A stretch of DNA of 64,000 bases from Octopus vulgaris (lineage: Eukaryota), in the NCBI GenBank assembly GCA_951406725.2, contig OX597818.1, positions 83,886,001 through 83,950,000 on the forward strand, given 5' to 3'. The notes below the pieces were generated by a model that was not told the origin of the DNA, ran no database searches, and worked only from the letters and a program-made list of their open reading frames with translations. A program made the translations under genes and the position numbers. Positions 41,613-56,685 of the stretch are shown here, piece by piece. Every line of letters begins with the position of its first letter. The stretch's first letter is position 1.

Positions 41613-42269
41613 TAAATCTTACAACAAATGTTTGAAAGCTTGAATTGACTCTTATTAGTCCTGAGAAAAACAGCATAAACACTTGTACCACCAACCCACC
41701 GAACACATGGAGGAACTGTCTTTTCATTGATTTCATACATAGCATCATCCAAAACAATTTCTAATCGATGAGTCAAACTGAGTCAAAGGCTGCCAAAATA
41801 TAATGCCAGCAAAGTGAATTAATATTGAAGCAACGGCAGGTTTTCGTCAAAGGCTTGTATTCACTCTGTCAGAAAGAAATCCGATCCAAATTTTCTTTAA
41901 ATAATCTGTGTGAAACCTTTGCATCATTTAACGTTCGTCGTGACACATTATAAATATTTCTGCTGCTGCTTCTGCTGCTGCTGCTGCCACTTCTGCTGTT
42001 ACTTTTTAATTCTACAAAATCAAGAATGATTGTCAGGGAACAATTATCTAATTCACATTTTCGAAACATTACGAGCAGTAAAAAGTACAAAAAAAAAAAA
42101 GAAATTAATGGAAGCTTGATCCCCAACATCATCATCATCGTCATCGTCATCGTCATCATCGTCATCATCATCGTCATCATCGTCATCATCATCAATAATA
42201 ATAATAGTCTGTACAGATAGAAAGCTCAAGAGCGGAGCAAAGGTAGAGAAATAGAGAAACAGAAAACAG

Positions 42270-42365
42270 ACATATAGACAGCCCGACAGACCGACAGACA
42301 GGCAGATAGATAGATACACAAACAGATAGACAGGCAGGCAGAGAGAGACACGCAGTCACACAGAC

Positions 42366-42445
<80 letters not shown>

Positions 42446-42496
42446 GGATAAATAAATAGATAGATAGATAGACAGACAAACAGACAGACAAACTGT

Positions 42497-42544
<48 letters not shown>

Positions 42545-42569
42545 CAGATAGATAGACAGACAGATAGAC

Positions 42570-42650
<81 letters not shown>
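42270..42650. repeat. (GATA)n/(GACA)n microsatellite
   Basis: direct inspection. Confidence 0.95.
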
Positions 42651-42651
<1 letters not shown>

Positions 42652-44280
42652 AGTTGTTCCTTTCCGCTAATTTTTTTGTGAAATTTTCATTTCTCGTTCA
42701 TTCGATAATATGGTTTGTAGCGAGATTCACAAAAAGTGAATGCAAATAATTTTCCTAAATTTATTCTGATCTGAATTTGGAATTCTCCTTCATCCTTCAT
42801 GTTTGAAAACACTCGCTCTCTTTTTAGGAAGTTCCACATTAATTCAAAAATCATACTAGTTAATTCAATATCCTTTTCATTAACTTTATCAAAATTGGTG
42901 ACGAGAGTCTTTATTAATTTACTTTATTTACAACGTTTGTTTGAGATCTTGATTCAAAATGTGATTTTTTTTTTCTTTCGTGGGTAGCGAAATGGAGGTT
43001 GCTTAAGGTTTCTCTTGAATATGTATTCAGTGATATTGAATCGTCTTTTACTGTTCCGGAGAAAAGCGTAAAACTATTATTTTAAACTATGATGCACATA
43101 TTCCTTTTTAATATATTCCAACGGATTCGAACTTAAATATAATTTCTCCTTTCGGAAAAGTGCTCACATCTTACTCGAATTATTGAGCTAAAAGTTATTC
43201 GTGACTCCAATATTGTGACTTGGTCGAATGTACACCGGATCAGGAATTTTTTTTCTTTTGTTTTGCAAAAATCAGTAAGATAATGATTTGCTGGTGCATG
43301 TTGATAGCTACTAAGCCACTAAAAAAACCGTCACGTGCACTAAGAACAGCGAAAAACAAAGCAATAATACACGTATACATTCTGAATATGTTTCGGCAGA
43401 TTCCAAAGCGTTATTTTGAACGCTAGCAGAAAACCTCCTGGGAGAGTATTTTGCTAGTCTCTAAATGTTTTTTCCGTGTGTAGTTCCTATTTTGTGTAAT
43501 TCTTTCTGATTGTAAACATGTAATTTTCTTTTGCATTTTTTAATAGACTAAGAATACTCAAACATCGAATAAATTTATAATACCTGCCACCCAAATACAA
43601 GGTTAGAATTTATGAAGAAATAGGGTATTAACCTCGTAAAAGTTTCTAGTTTATAGTCTTCAGCAAGTTTAAAGAAAGGATACCGGACCCAGCATAGTTT
43701 GGTTGATGCTGGATTACACTTATAGTCTGATGAAATATATTTACTGCTATGTTTGTAGGAAATAGCGTCGCAAATATTGGAGTAACTTTTATCCTTCCAG
43801 AAGTATTAATCAGAGCCATTGCAGAAAAAAATGCTATCTCGTAGAATCATTCCATACTGATGTCGCAGTTAGTAAAAATTAGATTTTGCTTGAATCACAA
43901 AGTTGAAATATTTAATAAAAGAAAAATCTTCGTAATTGGAATTTATAAGAATTTTCTGAATAGTAGACTTAAATATTTGCACCTTTATTATGATATAGAA
44001 ACTCAACTATGTGTTAATTTTAAAATAAGAACAAGCAAGTTTTCTACTTTAAATATCCATACATTCCTGCTTATTTAGAACATATGAAGGTCCAGATGGA
44101 ATTCCAAACATCGAGTAATAGATAAACATTTTCAGAACCATGAAAACATCCTATTCTAACTAAAAGCTCATTTTGAATTATTTCGCCATTTGCTATGATT
44201 AGAATATTTCAAACTTTGAATGTGTCACATATTTGACACATGGTAAAATATATGTATGTATGTATATATTAATGTATATA

Positions 44281-44695
44281 TTACTCTTTACTCTCTCTTT
44301 TACTTGTTTCAGTCATTTGACTGCGGCCATGCTGGAGCACAGCCTTTAATCGAGCAACTCGACCCCGGGACTTATTCTTTTGTAAACCCAGTACTTATTC
44401 TATCGGTCTCTTTTGCCGAACCGCTAAGTAACGGGGACATAAACACACCAGCATTGGTTGTCAAGCAATGCTAGGGGGACAAACACAGACACACAAACAC
44501 ACACACGCATATATATATATATACATATATACGACGGGCTTCTTTCAGTTTCCGTCTACCAAATCCACTCACAAGGCTTTGGTCGGCCCGAGGCTATAGT
44601 AGAAGACACTTGCCCAAGGTGCCACGCAGTGGGATTGAACCCGGAACCATGTGGTTGGTAAACAAGCTACTTACCACACAGCCACTCCTTCGCCT
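44281..44695 (-). mobile_element. full-length, young tRNA/CORE-type SINE (family A; resembles octopus OK/OR-type SINEs)
   Basis: minus strand: A box tggctgtgtgg (44674-44684), B box ggttcaatccc (44631-44641), CORE-like ccttgggcaagtgtctt, internal (TG/TA)n, tail with (AGAGTAA)-like repeats. Confidence 0.92.
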
Positions 44696-44764
44696 GTATG
44701 TACGTATGTATGTATTTATGTGTACGTACGTACGTATGTATGTATGTATGTATGTATGTATGCA

Positions 44765-44851
44765 GGTAGGTAAGTAGGTAGGTAGGTAAGTAGGTAGGTA
44801 GGTAGGTAGGTAGGTAGGTAGGTAGGTAGGTAGGTAGGTAGGTAGGTAGGT
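44765..44851. repeat. (GTAG)n microsatellite
   Basis: direct inspection. Confidence 0.9.
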
Positions 44852-45327
44852 ACTCCTTTATTTTCTTCCTTTTCTCAGCTTCTGAAGCATTTTCATGTAT
44901 CTACAGAAAGGCAATACCTTTTACTCCTATCTTTCCTTGAGCGTGAAACTATTAACATAGACTTTAAGCCTCAAAATTCCAATAACATAGTCACATGCCA
45001 CAAATTTCCGGTCATAGGTTTGTTCAGAAAATCATATCCAGTAGTGAACTGATACTTTATTCAATTGACTCCGTAAAGATAACGAGCAAAATTCTCAAAT
45101 TACCTTCGATGGGAACTTTGCTCTAAACGTAATAAGCCGTTTTCGAAATATCACAAGGCGTTTTGTCCAAACTTACAGCGTTTCTGCTACACCACACTCT
45201 GACTGCCTACTTAATATCTGAACTTTACTTTCTTTAGATCCTAAAGAATCCTTGAAGCTCTTTATCATTCGTCCCATGCTCTTAGCATTGCTTGCAAAAA
45301 TAGCAAAATTCGAACAGTGGTGCCGTA

Positions 45328-45375
45328 TAGAATGTAGATTAAAATGTAGATTATAATGTAGATTAGAATGTAGAT
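45328..45375. repeat. 12-bp tandem repeat x4 (taNaatgtagat)
   Basis: tagaatgtagat taaaatgtagat tataatgtagat tagaatgtagat. Confidence 0.85.
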
Positions 45376-45624
45376 GAAACTTAGTCTGAGACCTGAACAC
45401 AATTCTTCTAGTTAGCATAGTCTTCTAATTTTAATATCATATGTTTCTCAGTTCTGTCTTATAAATCAATGTAGGCTATCGGTCTAGTTTCCTCGGAGAC
45501 TATTTAATTACATTTTAAAACAAAATACAAAATAATAGCAAATCAAAACGAAATAAATTTTTATTGTAAAGAATTATTATTATTATTATTGTTGTTGTTG
45601 TTGCTATTGTTATTATTATTATTA

Positions 45625-45694
<70 letters not shown>

Positions 45695-47085
45695 CATTAT
45701 TATTATATTGGACCGTCTAAGCAATAGTCCGAAGGTTATTTGAGTATCTCAAATTGCTGTTGATAATTTTTTATAACCGTGGTTTATTTTTCTTTCAATT
45801 TCTTTATTAAAATATTGAATAATTAGAAAGTCGTCTTCCTACATTCAGTCGTTTCAGAGATATGGACCGAGGAAACAAGCGTTAATATGACGTAGAGATA
45901 TCAACTCATCTTAGGTTCGATAAAGACTAGGATACAAGACGTTGTGGCACAGCTGTTGTGACGCTTCTTATCAGGTGTCGCTGATTCGACGCCGAATTAT
46001 TCGACATCAGTTGTTTTAATCTCTCTGGCTTTAACATTCCTACTGTTCTTTCTCTCTCTCTTTTCTTCTCCCCCCTCTCTCTCTCACTTTCTCTCTTTCT
46101 ATCTATGTGCATGAGTATATGTTTTCTATGTGCTTCAGGTGAGATAAATTGTTTATGCCAGTTGTGTTCAATTAATAAATTGCAATTTCTCTTTCCCTCT
46201 CAAACTGTATTAGTATATCTCTGCGTGCGTGTTCATGTGTCTGCACATCTGTGTGTGTATGCGTGTATATGTGCGCACACGTGTGTATGTGTATGAGTGT
46301 GTGTGCGAGAGAGAGAAAGAGAGAGTCTGCGTGGGTGTGTTTGCCTCCAGAGCGAAAAAGTACTATCACCAAAACTAGTTGAATATCTCGTCAGCCGTGC
46401 CAAATCTTCAGCTTTGAAACAGTCGCATTCAATCCTCTCATTCTGAGAAAACTCTATAGTTTACAGTATCACAAGTTAACAAAAAGTTAGTCTCCCAATT
46501 ATAAGGTAGCGATTTCGATCCCATTTCAACACGTCTTCCGAAACTGCATTTTGCCATATCTTGAGCTAAACATATTTTGTTAAGAATCTAACTGGATGAA
46601 CTCATCCAATAATTCAAGCGCCAACATTGTCTCACACTGTATCAGAGAGACAATCCATGAGGATGACTTAAAAGATGCACTTTTTACCGAATACTCTGCC
46701 ACTTAATCACTAACCCAAATAGCTAATCCAAATAAGCGGTTTACTAGGATATTCGTCGCACAAAGCGATGTAGGATCCATGCCCTGTCAATTATATTTAA
46801 CGACACCAGTAGTATGACTAATAATTAAGCTTCATTATTTGTACTTAATTTCATCACGAATAAAACAATGTAAAAATAAAAACACTAATAAAACAATGTA
46901 AAATTAAAAACAGTTATTCTTTAAAATTATGTATGTTTAAACACGAACATTTTCACATACTACAAATTAATTATTAACAATTAACTACAAGAAAAAGATG
47001 GACGTCACTTAATTTTAAAATATTCAAAGTAGATTTTTAAAAAGTATTAACTGAGCGTGGCATTGCTCGAGAAATGTAAATGGTA

Positions 47086-47298
47086 GAGTAATCCCTCTCC
47101 ACATCACCTACTGCAGTTCACCTATCGTAGTTTATTGTCTAAGCTTACTTCAATTCCTCTGTTGTGTTGTTTTGCATTTATGAATTATAAAAATAATTTT
47201 AAAAAATATACAGTACAATACTGTTTCTACTTCACGAATTTTCACCTGTCGCAGTGGGGTTTTTGAACGTAACACTCACGATAGTGGAGGGATTACTA
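47086..47298. mobile_element. Tigger/pogo-type MITE (~213 bp) with TA target duplication
   Basis: termini ta|gagtaatccctc ... gagggattacta|ta resemble the CAGTAATCCCTC TIR; subterminal sequence typical of Tigger-like MITEs. Confidence 0.7.
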
Positions 47299-47595
47299 TA
47301 TTAACAAATTCTCTCAAAATGGAATAACAAATACAAGACGTTGTACTTTTATAATTTCGATGATCACATTACCTGAAATTAATTCCCTATTTCATATATA
47401 TATATACATATATATGTATATATTATGAGGCAATTCCTTCAGTTTCTTTGCTCGATACCCATATGGGTCCCATTTCCTTAAATCTTCCATCGAATTCAGA
47501 TCTGGCTACTGCACTGGTCGATACAGGACACACATTTTAGACACACGCACGCAATCTCGGACTTTCATTCTCACGTTCTCACGCATAAACACTCC

Positions 47596-48165
<570 letters not shown>

Positions 48166-48914
48166 ATCTGTAAAATAAGAAGCAGTTGCATGCATATGGC
48201 GACGAAAAGTCTCCAAGGCAACTAGTTTCTTGACAAATGGAACGTTTAATCAAACAGTCGATTAGTTAATTGGTTAAATGATTAATTAGTTGACTGGTAA
48301 TAATACAGGAAGTGAACTAGAATCAATACGTGTGTTATTTGTTGGTATAGTTACCCTCCCGAGATACATTAAACTCTGTTTATTTTTTATTTCTGCAGTG
48401 AACCTCTGATCATTGTCACGACGAAAATTCTCACTCTCAAGGCAGAATATTTCTAAATACGATGTAGGAAGCATGATGTATTTGGTTTTATGTCGAGCCA
48501 GCATTCAGTATAAAGTTTTCTGTGTTTCCATTGATCAATACTGACTGCGCCCCTCCCTATCATAGTGTTTCTCGGGTTCAGTGTTATCGAACGCGATCAG
48601 AACAACCACCAGTTTCAATGCAGATGACGTCACACAGAGTCCAGCAGTCAGTGATCAATCCAACTCTAGCAGAATTCGTTTGATAGATTCATACATACAA
48701 ACATACTTGAATAGTTTTCGATTGCGTATCTGAAGATAATTTTATTTATTTTAACTGTTGAAAAAGATAACTTAATAAGATATCAAATAGTTATGGAATG
48801 TTTGTATTACTGAGCTGGATTGTAATATTAGATAATACAATTAAAATGCCTTTTTTTATGCAAAAATTTTTTTTGATTCAATGAAGCTCATTGTTTAAGC
48901 TTACTTAATATTGA

Positions 48915-49120
48915 TTTCATATTTTGGCACAAGGCCAGCAATTTCAGGGGAGGTGGGTAAGTTGATTACATCGACTCTAGTATTCAACCAGTACTTCGAC
49001 CCCGAAGGGATGAAAGAGAAAGTCGATCTTAGCCTGGTATTAACTTTGACCTTGCAGACGGACGAAATATCTCAAAGCATTTTGTCCGGCATGCTAACTA
49101 TTCTGCTGTTTCAGTGCCTT
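48915..49120 (-). mobile_element. SINE family B, tail-B type
   Basis: ttggcacaaggccagcaatttc...cgaccccgaagggatgaaag...gcatgctaac. Confidence 0.75.
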
Positions 49121-49467
49121 ATACCTCAGAATATTGGTAATCGTTGCAGTAGAGTAACTACAGTTTCTGGTTTTCGAACTTACATTATAATGTAAATTCA
49201 AATAATTATTTAAAAGATTAAAACTTCTTTTCTTTGTAGTGTTTGGGTTTCGTTCAAATATACTCATACAAGCCAATTAAAAATCACACTCTAATCTCAA
49301 TATACACAAGAAGTACCTATATAAACATACACATACGCAACACACACAAACACACACTCACTCACGTCGCTCGCGCACACCCACCCACACATACATATAT
49401 ATATATAATTATATATATGTATATATATATATACACATAAATACGTGTATATTTATGTATATATGTG

Positions 49468-49516
<49 letters not shown>

Positions 49517-49686
49517 ATATACACACAAACATATCTATAAATATGTGTGCATGTGCATTTATATCGGTATATTCATATATAATCATGTATGTATACATAT
49601 CTATACATGCATAATATTTGATATATATATATATATGTTTATTTATATAAAAATCTATATATACATAAAAAGGATATCCAGAGGTA

Positions 49687-49775
49687 ATACAGTACGATCG
49701 TTTCGTGCAACTCCATTTAACTGAACAATGCAATCATTACATCAATTTAAAATGCAGAACAATCCTCAGCTGCAC
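49687..49775 (-). ncRNA. type I hammerhead motif (left arm of palindrome)
   Basis: gugcag-CUGAGGA-uugu...gcac-GAAAC-GAUC-GUA-cuguau. Confidence 0.55.
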
Positions 49776-50108
49776 AAAGACATAGAATTTGATTAAATTA
49801 GAACAGATGGACACATTAGTATAATTATACCTAAAATCTCCAAGAAGTTGAGGAGATAGACAAAGAACATGTTGTCTTTACATCAACATAGCAGCTACAA
49901 AATTATCAAGAAGAATCTGCCTGTATCTGATTTTATTTATTTATATGTGTTCAGTTTATTTTAGAGACTATTTTATTAAATCCTTCTAGTAACTTCTATG
50001 CTGAGGTAGAGACTACAGTTTCTTTGTCTATCTCCGTAACTTGTAGATTTTAGGTATAACTATACTAATGTGTCCACCTGTTCTAATTTAATTAAATTCT
50101 CTGACTTT

Positions 50109-50197
50109 GTGCAGCTGAGGATTGCTCTGCATTTGAAATTGATGTAATGATTTCAGTGTTCAATTAAATGGAGTTGTATGAAACGATCGTACTGCAT
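50109..50197 (+). ncRNA. type I hammerhead motif (right arm of palindrome)
   Basis: gugcag-CUGAGGA-uugc...guau-GAAAC-GAUC-GUA-cugcau; 6-bp stem I, palindromic stem III. Confidence 0.6.
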
Positions 50198-50307
50198 TAC
50201 ATCTGGATATCCTTGTAGATTATTTTGATTATAATCAACTTACTTTGAAATTGTATGGATTATACGGTACAAAATTTTGGTGCCTCAACTTAAGTACCAT
50301 ATTCATC

Positions 50308-50355
<48 letters not shown>

Positions 50356-50522
50356 TATTTATAAGTATTATGCATATAAACCAAAACATTAGCTGACGTA
50401 TAATATCTAAAATGAATGGTATGATTGATAGGTGTAAAGCACACTAAATTTATATATATATACGTACATACATATAACATATATTTATATAGAAATATGT
50501 GTGTGCATATATAACTGCACAA

Positions 50523-50556
<34 letters not shown>

Positions 50557-50575
50557 TGCACTATCAATATATACA

Positions 50576-50637
<62 letters not shown>

Positions 50638-50663
50638 CATATATATAGATATACATATATATA

Positions 50664-50699
<36 letters not shown>

Positions 50700-51264
50700 T
50701 GTATGTATGTATTGATAGTGCAATGAAACAATAGAGGGAAATAGAAAAAGACATAGAAGAGAAGTAGAATTAATCAAGCTGCTTATCCAATTCTAATACC
50801 AATTCCATCCTCATTCCAGCGAACAACACAATCTTCCACTTCTCTCTTACACTTCCCCGCTATTTTTGGATCCTCCCAAAACAGCCATTGCCCTCAATCT
50901 CTTTCACTTTTCCATTGTATCTCACTTGCTCTCCTATGCTCTTTCTCTCTCTCTTACTCTCTCTGTCTTCTTCTCTATGTGTGCGTCTCTCTCTCTCTCT
51001 GTCACCCTCTCTCTCTCTCTCTCTCTCTGCCTCTCTTTTGCTCCCTCGCTCCAAAACATTAGTCATAGCTACTAAACGGTTTCGTTGGACTTTTTCCCTT
51101 CTTGACATTTCAGAATTCTTTATGGCAGCACTGCCTTAGTATGAATATCTGTGTGTGAGAGTTTACACACACACACACACACACACACATACATATATAC
51201 ACACACACTCACACATATATACACCACTCACACGCACACACATTTGTACATGTGTATTTATATA

Positions 51265-51332
<68 letters not shown>

Positions 51333-51393
51333 AAGATATAAATGTGAGTGTGTCTATGTATGTGTGTATGTACATGCAGCAACTCACACAAAG

Positions 51394-51427
<34 letters not shown>

Positions 51428-52366
51428 CATATACGTTTGAACAGTGTGTGTGTGTGTGGGTGTGTCCGTGTGTGTGTGTGTGAGTGTGTGTCTCTGTCTG
51501 TGTGAGCGTGTAGTCTGCGTTGTATGTTGAAGTGTGTCTAGATTTCTGTTAGTAAGAGTGTGTCAATGAATGGAGTTCTCTGAAGAATGGCAGTGCCTCT
51601 GTTTACATAGAGTTGTTATTGCTGTTTTTGCGTATGTGTGTCAGTGTTTTTGTTGATATCTGGATACATTTATGTATGTGTATATGTTTGTGTGGGCGTA
51701 TGTGCCTGTGGCCGTGTGTACGATTTTGTGTGTATGCGTTTGTGTGTGTTTGTACGTGAGAATACGTGAATACTTCTTATATGCATGTGTATCTGCACAT
51801 ATATGTCTGCTCATATAAATCTGAGTATGTATGTAAGAACGGTTGCAGGGTTTAGAGATACTTTTGTGCATATATATGCATGTGTGTCAGTATGAATGTA
51901 TGTATGTGTGTAAATATGTCTGTTAGTGTGTCTCTATGTATGTTCATATGTATGTATGTGTATCTGTGTATGTATGTATGGATGGATGGATGTGTGTATG
52001 TATGTACGTATGTATGTATGCACTTATTCCGTAGCATCGTTAGGTTTAAGAACGTGTTTGCATATGGGAAAGATATGCATTGGAATGGAGAATGTCTGTG
52101 AGTCTGAAGGTTCTATTGTATATAGTTTAACATATGCCTGAGTGTATATATAGGGAGTGAATATTTATGCAAGTTATGAGTATATGCATGTATCTATATA
52201 TGTGTTTGTGTGTGGCTATGAATACATGTTTTCACGTAAATATGTATTTGCTTATGTATAAAAATTGATGCATGTTTGTACATATATGCGCATGTGCTTT
52301 TACTGATATGTTCTCTTTTTAATCATATATATAAGTATCGAATATAAACATGTATGCGTATACACG

Positions 52367-52471
<105 letters not shown>

Positions 52472-52510
52472 GTAAATTTATTTATATATTTATACACACA
52501 TATATACATA

Positions 52511-52544
<34 letters not shown>

Positions 52545-53594
52545 TATTTATGTATGTATATATTTATTTATACACACACATTTTCATATGTATGAGTGCA
52601 TGTATGCACACATACATACATACATATATATATACATATGTGTGTATGCATGTGTGTGTATGGATGTTTGTTTGTTGTTTGTTGTTTGTTTAAATGTGTC
52701 TGCGTATGCGTGTCTATATATGTGTGTATGTTCTGACATTTCGTTCATCCAAAAATTCTCCCCCATCCAGTTACCCTCAAACTAGCAACAATGTGAAATG
52801 CAACAACATCAACAGCAACACCAAAAATAACCAAAAATAACAACAACAATAACCAAAAAAAAAAAACGGGGGAGGGCTAGCCACAATTACAACAGCAGCA
52901 TTAACTGCAGATGTAGTGGGTTAGGGTTAGGGTTAGGTTTATGTAGGTAGGATGGTAAACTGTGTTGTGGTTGAGGGTGTGGGTAGTTTAACCACCACCA
53001 GAGAAATTAAGATAGCATGAGCAATAGCAACAGGCAAGATGGATATTATCATAACAAATGGCTATGATAACAGGAACATCACCAGCACCAGCAGCAACAA
53101 TAATAACAGCTGCTGCTGTTGCAGTAGTGAGAGCAACAATAACGAAAACAGCAACAACTGCAGAAACAAGAGGAATAAGAACGGTAATATATCGACAAAA
53201 GATTAATAGCAGCAGCAGCAGCATCAACAATGGCAACAGTAACAAGAGTGGTGGTGGTGGTGGTAAGAGCATCGACAGCAATAATGGCAGAAGAAGGAAC
53301 AGCAAAGGGTAAAAATAGCCTCCAAAACAAATGAAAATAACTACGGAAGCAACAGCCGCAATAAATGCAGCAGCAACAACAATGGCGCAAACATTAAGTG
53401 CACCGCCATTAAGGCAGCTTTAGCCGCCGATACTGCTGCCGCCGCTGCTGCCGCCACCATCACTGCCGCCGTCGCCGCTACTGCCACTGTTGTCATCACC
53501 GCTGCCATCGCATTCTCCGTTAAACCATTATCGCTCCACCATCGCCACCACCGTCAACGTCATTCCGCCCCAACACCATCGCCATTCGGATCAT

Positions 53595-53900
53595 CACTTC
53601 CACTACCACCACCACCATCACCATCACCACCATCACCACCACTACCACCATCACCGCTACCATCACAACTACCACCACCACCACCACCACCACCACCACT
53701 ACCACCATCACCACCACCACCACCACCACTACCACACCACCACCACCACCACCACCACCACCACCACTACCACCATCACCACCACTACCACCACTACCAC
53801 CGCCGCCACCACCACCACCACCACCACCACCACCACCATCACCACCACTACCACCATCACCACCATCACCGCCACCACCACCACCGCCACCACCAACATC
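53595..53900. repeat. (CAC)n-rich microsatellite
   Basis: direct inspection. Confidence 0.95.
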
Positions 53901-55759
53901 AACAATAACAACATGCCAACGAACCATTTAAGCAAATATCAGAACCTTGAGTTGCTAGAAATTGTAGCCAAATTCCTTCACATCACACTCACACCCTGTC
54001 GTCCAAAAATGAAGAAATATGTATTACACAGTTGTGGAAAAAATATATCGCACTATATAATCGTGGACATACAAATAAACGGGATGTTCACGCTTCGAAT
54101 TTGTTTCATCATAGATCTCGCTCATTTAGATCCTCGGCTGTTATATCAACAACGAGAACAACAATAATATCAACCATATTAATAAACTTATTCACACAGA
54201 CATATCTACTCATACACCAATAAATATACACGGAAATATATATACGCATGCGCACATTTTCTTTAGTTTGCCTATCGATATCTGGTGGCAGCGATTACTC
54301 CGTTAATGACGAGAGCTTTGGAGGACTATGTTATTCCCATCCTGGACACACAAGCGCTATTGCAGGCGTGGTGATTGCTGTATTATGTGATGTTGTAATG
54401 GCGATAATAATGGCGGAAATATTGGTGACATCTCTTCCAGTAAACTTGTGTTTTAATCTGGTTATCATGTATTTATTTCCAGTAAACGAATCCCATCCCT
54501 ATATAGTTGTTGTCATCGGTGGTAAATCTTCAGTTGGAATAAAACGTTTTGGCAATAGCCATTTTGACCTAGGTTATTTGGCTCAGCTGGTTCGACGCTG
54601 ACCTATTTGACATCAGACATCCCAATGTTTCTCTTGTTTATACCTACACGCCTTCTTTCTCTTTCTCCCTCTTATTCTTTCGGTTTATGTGTGTGAGCAT
54701 ATTTCTCTATACGTCTAGTGAGTGTGAAAGAGTTTATGTCAGTCTTGTTCAACTAATATTATAATTTGTAATTTCTCATTCACTCTGTCTGTTTGTCTGT
54801 TACACACATACACTCTCTCTCTCTCTCTCTCTCTCTCTCACCTACTCACTCACTCTTACTATCTGCATGTGCACATTTATGCGCGCATGCATGTGTTTAC
54901 CTCCAACGCCACAATGTGTTATCGCCTAAATATTCAATCAACCACGCCAAATGCTGAAGTCGAAACATCTGCGCCCAATCGTCTCCTTCCTTACAGTGCC
55001 TCTAATAACTTCGTCATCGCTGGTTACACATCTCCTAGTAAGGCTCTACTCTCTTCTGGTTATCCTATCTATATGCAACGCCTAAACCCAGTCCCTTGAC
55101 AACTGATGTCTTCATACGATTCCGTCAGTGACAGCATTTTCAAGATGCACGGCTCTTATTCTGCAATTCTTCAGAATACACATCATCTCATAGGGCTTCT
55201 TCGGGATCCCTCAAATAACACCCGGCCACCACAAAAATAAAAAAATCAACTTAAAACCAATATCTCATCAGGTGACCATTTCCAGCGATTCGTCCAGTTT
55301 TATAGACAAACGTGATGTTCATGACTGGAAGGCCTTCCTTTAAGGTTCCTGTGACCAGGAATTGAGCAACAGTAGAAACCAACCGTTGATCAAAGGTGTT
55401 CTAGCTACATAATCAAATCTTATATATAGGGCCCAATGCACATAATAAGGTCTTATTATCTAAAGTCTCATCGAATTCTAAACAAGCGTAAGATGTGAAT
55501 TAAAAGAATATAGTCCTTATTTCTAGCAGATCGAGGGATCATGCGGAGGTTCCCTCATTGGTCTGCTAAATATGTAAAGATTTATATACAACACACACCC
55601 GCACACACACATATATATATGTATGTATATATATATATATGTATGTATATATTTATATATATATGTATGTGTGTGTGTGTGAGTGTGTGTGTATGTGTGT
55701 GTGTTTTATATATATACGGCAAATGAAAGACGGACGATAAAATATACGAGAATTTACTA

Positions 55760-55864
55760 TTAATCACAATTGTTTCAGCACATCTAGCATCGATTCCTCA
55801 TCGGTGGGGCATCAACAACTGGTTCAGGAGCATCAGGTGGTTCAGGTGTATCTCGTCGGGTAAT
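55760..55864 (-). ncRNA. hammerhead motif, second copy of the CCGACGA family, cleavage triplet deleted
   Basis: auuac-CCGACGA-gauacaccu...agaugugcu-GAAACAAUU-gugau; stem II loop and 3' flank homologous to 4470-4630. Confidence 0.6.
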
Positions 55865-55927
55865 AAATAAATACAATTCGGGAAAAATGTGTATATATAT
55901 ATATATATATATATACATATATAATAT

Positions 55928-56685
55928 ACGTAGTCTGATCAATAAGTTGACGGACTGTTGCCATAGTAATGACGCTAAAACATGCAGGGAGAAAGCACTG
56001 GGCACAAATTACCCTTAAACTATAATGTGCATGCGCACAGATTTAACATTCTAGCTCACTTCCGCTGTTTACAGCAGCGCTTGGAAAAACCGTGTGTAGC
56101 GTGTGATCGTCCCATTGACCTAGACAGAGAAAGTGGAACAGAGAATTTGCAGCAGATTTTGTCAAAAGCTTCACGATACCTGCTGAGATGCCTAGGCAAA
56201 GTTTTCAAGATCATGTGCAACTGAAACCCGACTGTCTTTTTGGTTAGCTGAAATCAGTTTTGGCACAAACCTGGCAGATACGCGTCTCATACCTAAATCC
56301 TCAGTGACAATGGAGTGAACTGAAATGTAACTAATCTGCACATCCTATGATAACTCACGGACGGGGATTCAACGATTTCCCCTCACAGCTGCGCTTTTCT
56401 CACTTTTTTCTCACTTCTGCTGCTTGTAGGTCTCTCAGAATGTTTGACAATATCGACGTTTTTCCAGCCATCTTCCAAATATCTGAACCACTCGTACACT
56501 TGTGTGCGCCTCATACATTCTTGGCCATACACTTTCTGCAACTTTGCGTAGGCCTCTGAGTAGGTATCGCAATAACAACTTTCTCTGACATGATCAATGC
56601 GACGATCACACGCTGAACACCTTCCATCCAAGCACTACTGTAAAACAGTGGAAGTTAGCTAGAACGTTAAAACTTAGTGCACATC
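55928..56685. mobile_element. two mariner 5' ends fused in inverted orientation (plus 55928-~56210; minus ~56210-56685)
   Basis: ttaacattctagctcacttccgctgtttacagcagcgcttgga is mirrored at 56627-56670; transposase N-terminus EAYAKLQKVYGQECMRRTQVYEWF...RPTSS...TEDLGMRRVSARFVPKLIS. Confidence 0.85.

Larger units (their letters stand above)
49670..50214. repeat. long inverted repeat (~228-bp arms, ~90-bp spacer)
   Basis: arm 49670-49898 is the reverse complement of 49989-50214 with scattered mismatches. Confidence 0.95.

Noticed and set aside
48625-48632. Perfect CRE site TGACGTCA inside a weak inverted repeat (48530-48659)
   Set aside because: About one 8-mer match is expected by chance in 64 kb; there is no promoter context and the inverted repeat is short and gapped.
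52918-52937. (TTAGGG)~3 telomere-like repeat
   Set aside because: Too short to call an interstitial telomere in such repeat-rich DNA.
53490-54167. 225-aa His/Thr-rich ORF, and the neighbouring 53058-53312 ORF
   Set aside because: Open only because (CAC)n/(CAG/AAC)n lack stops; the non-repetitive tail has no recognisable motif.
55114-55180. Minus-strand CUGAAGA...GAAA.ugcuGUC motif (similar weak cases at 770-782, 21965-21985, 45845-45980)
   Set aside because: Stem I is absent or half of the core is missing; cannot be distinguished from chance.
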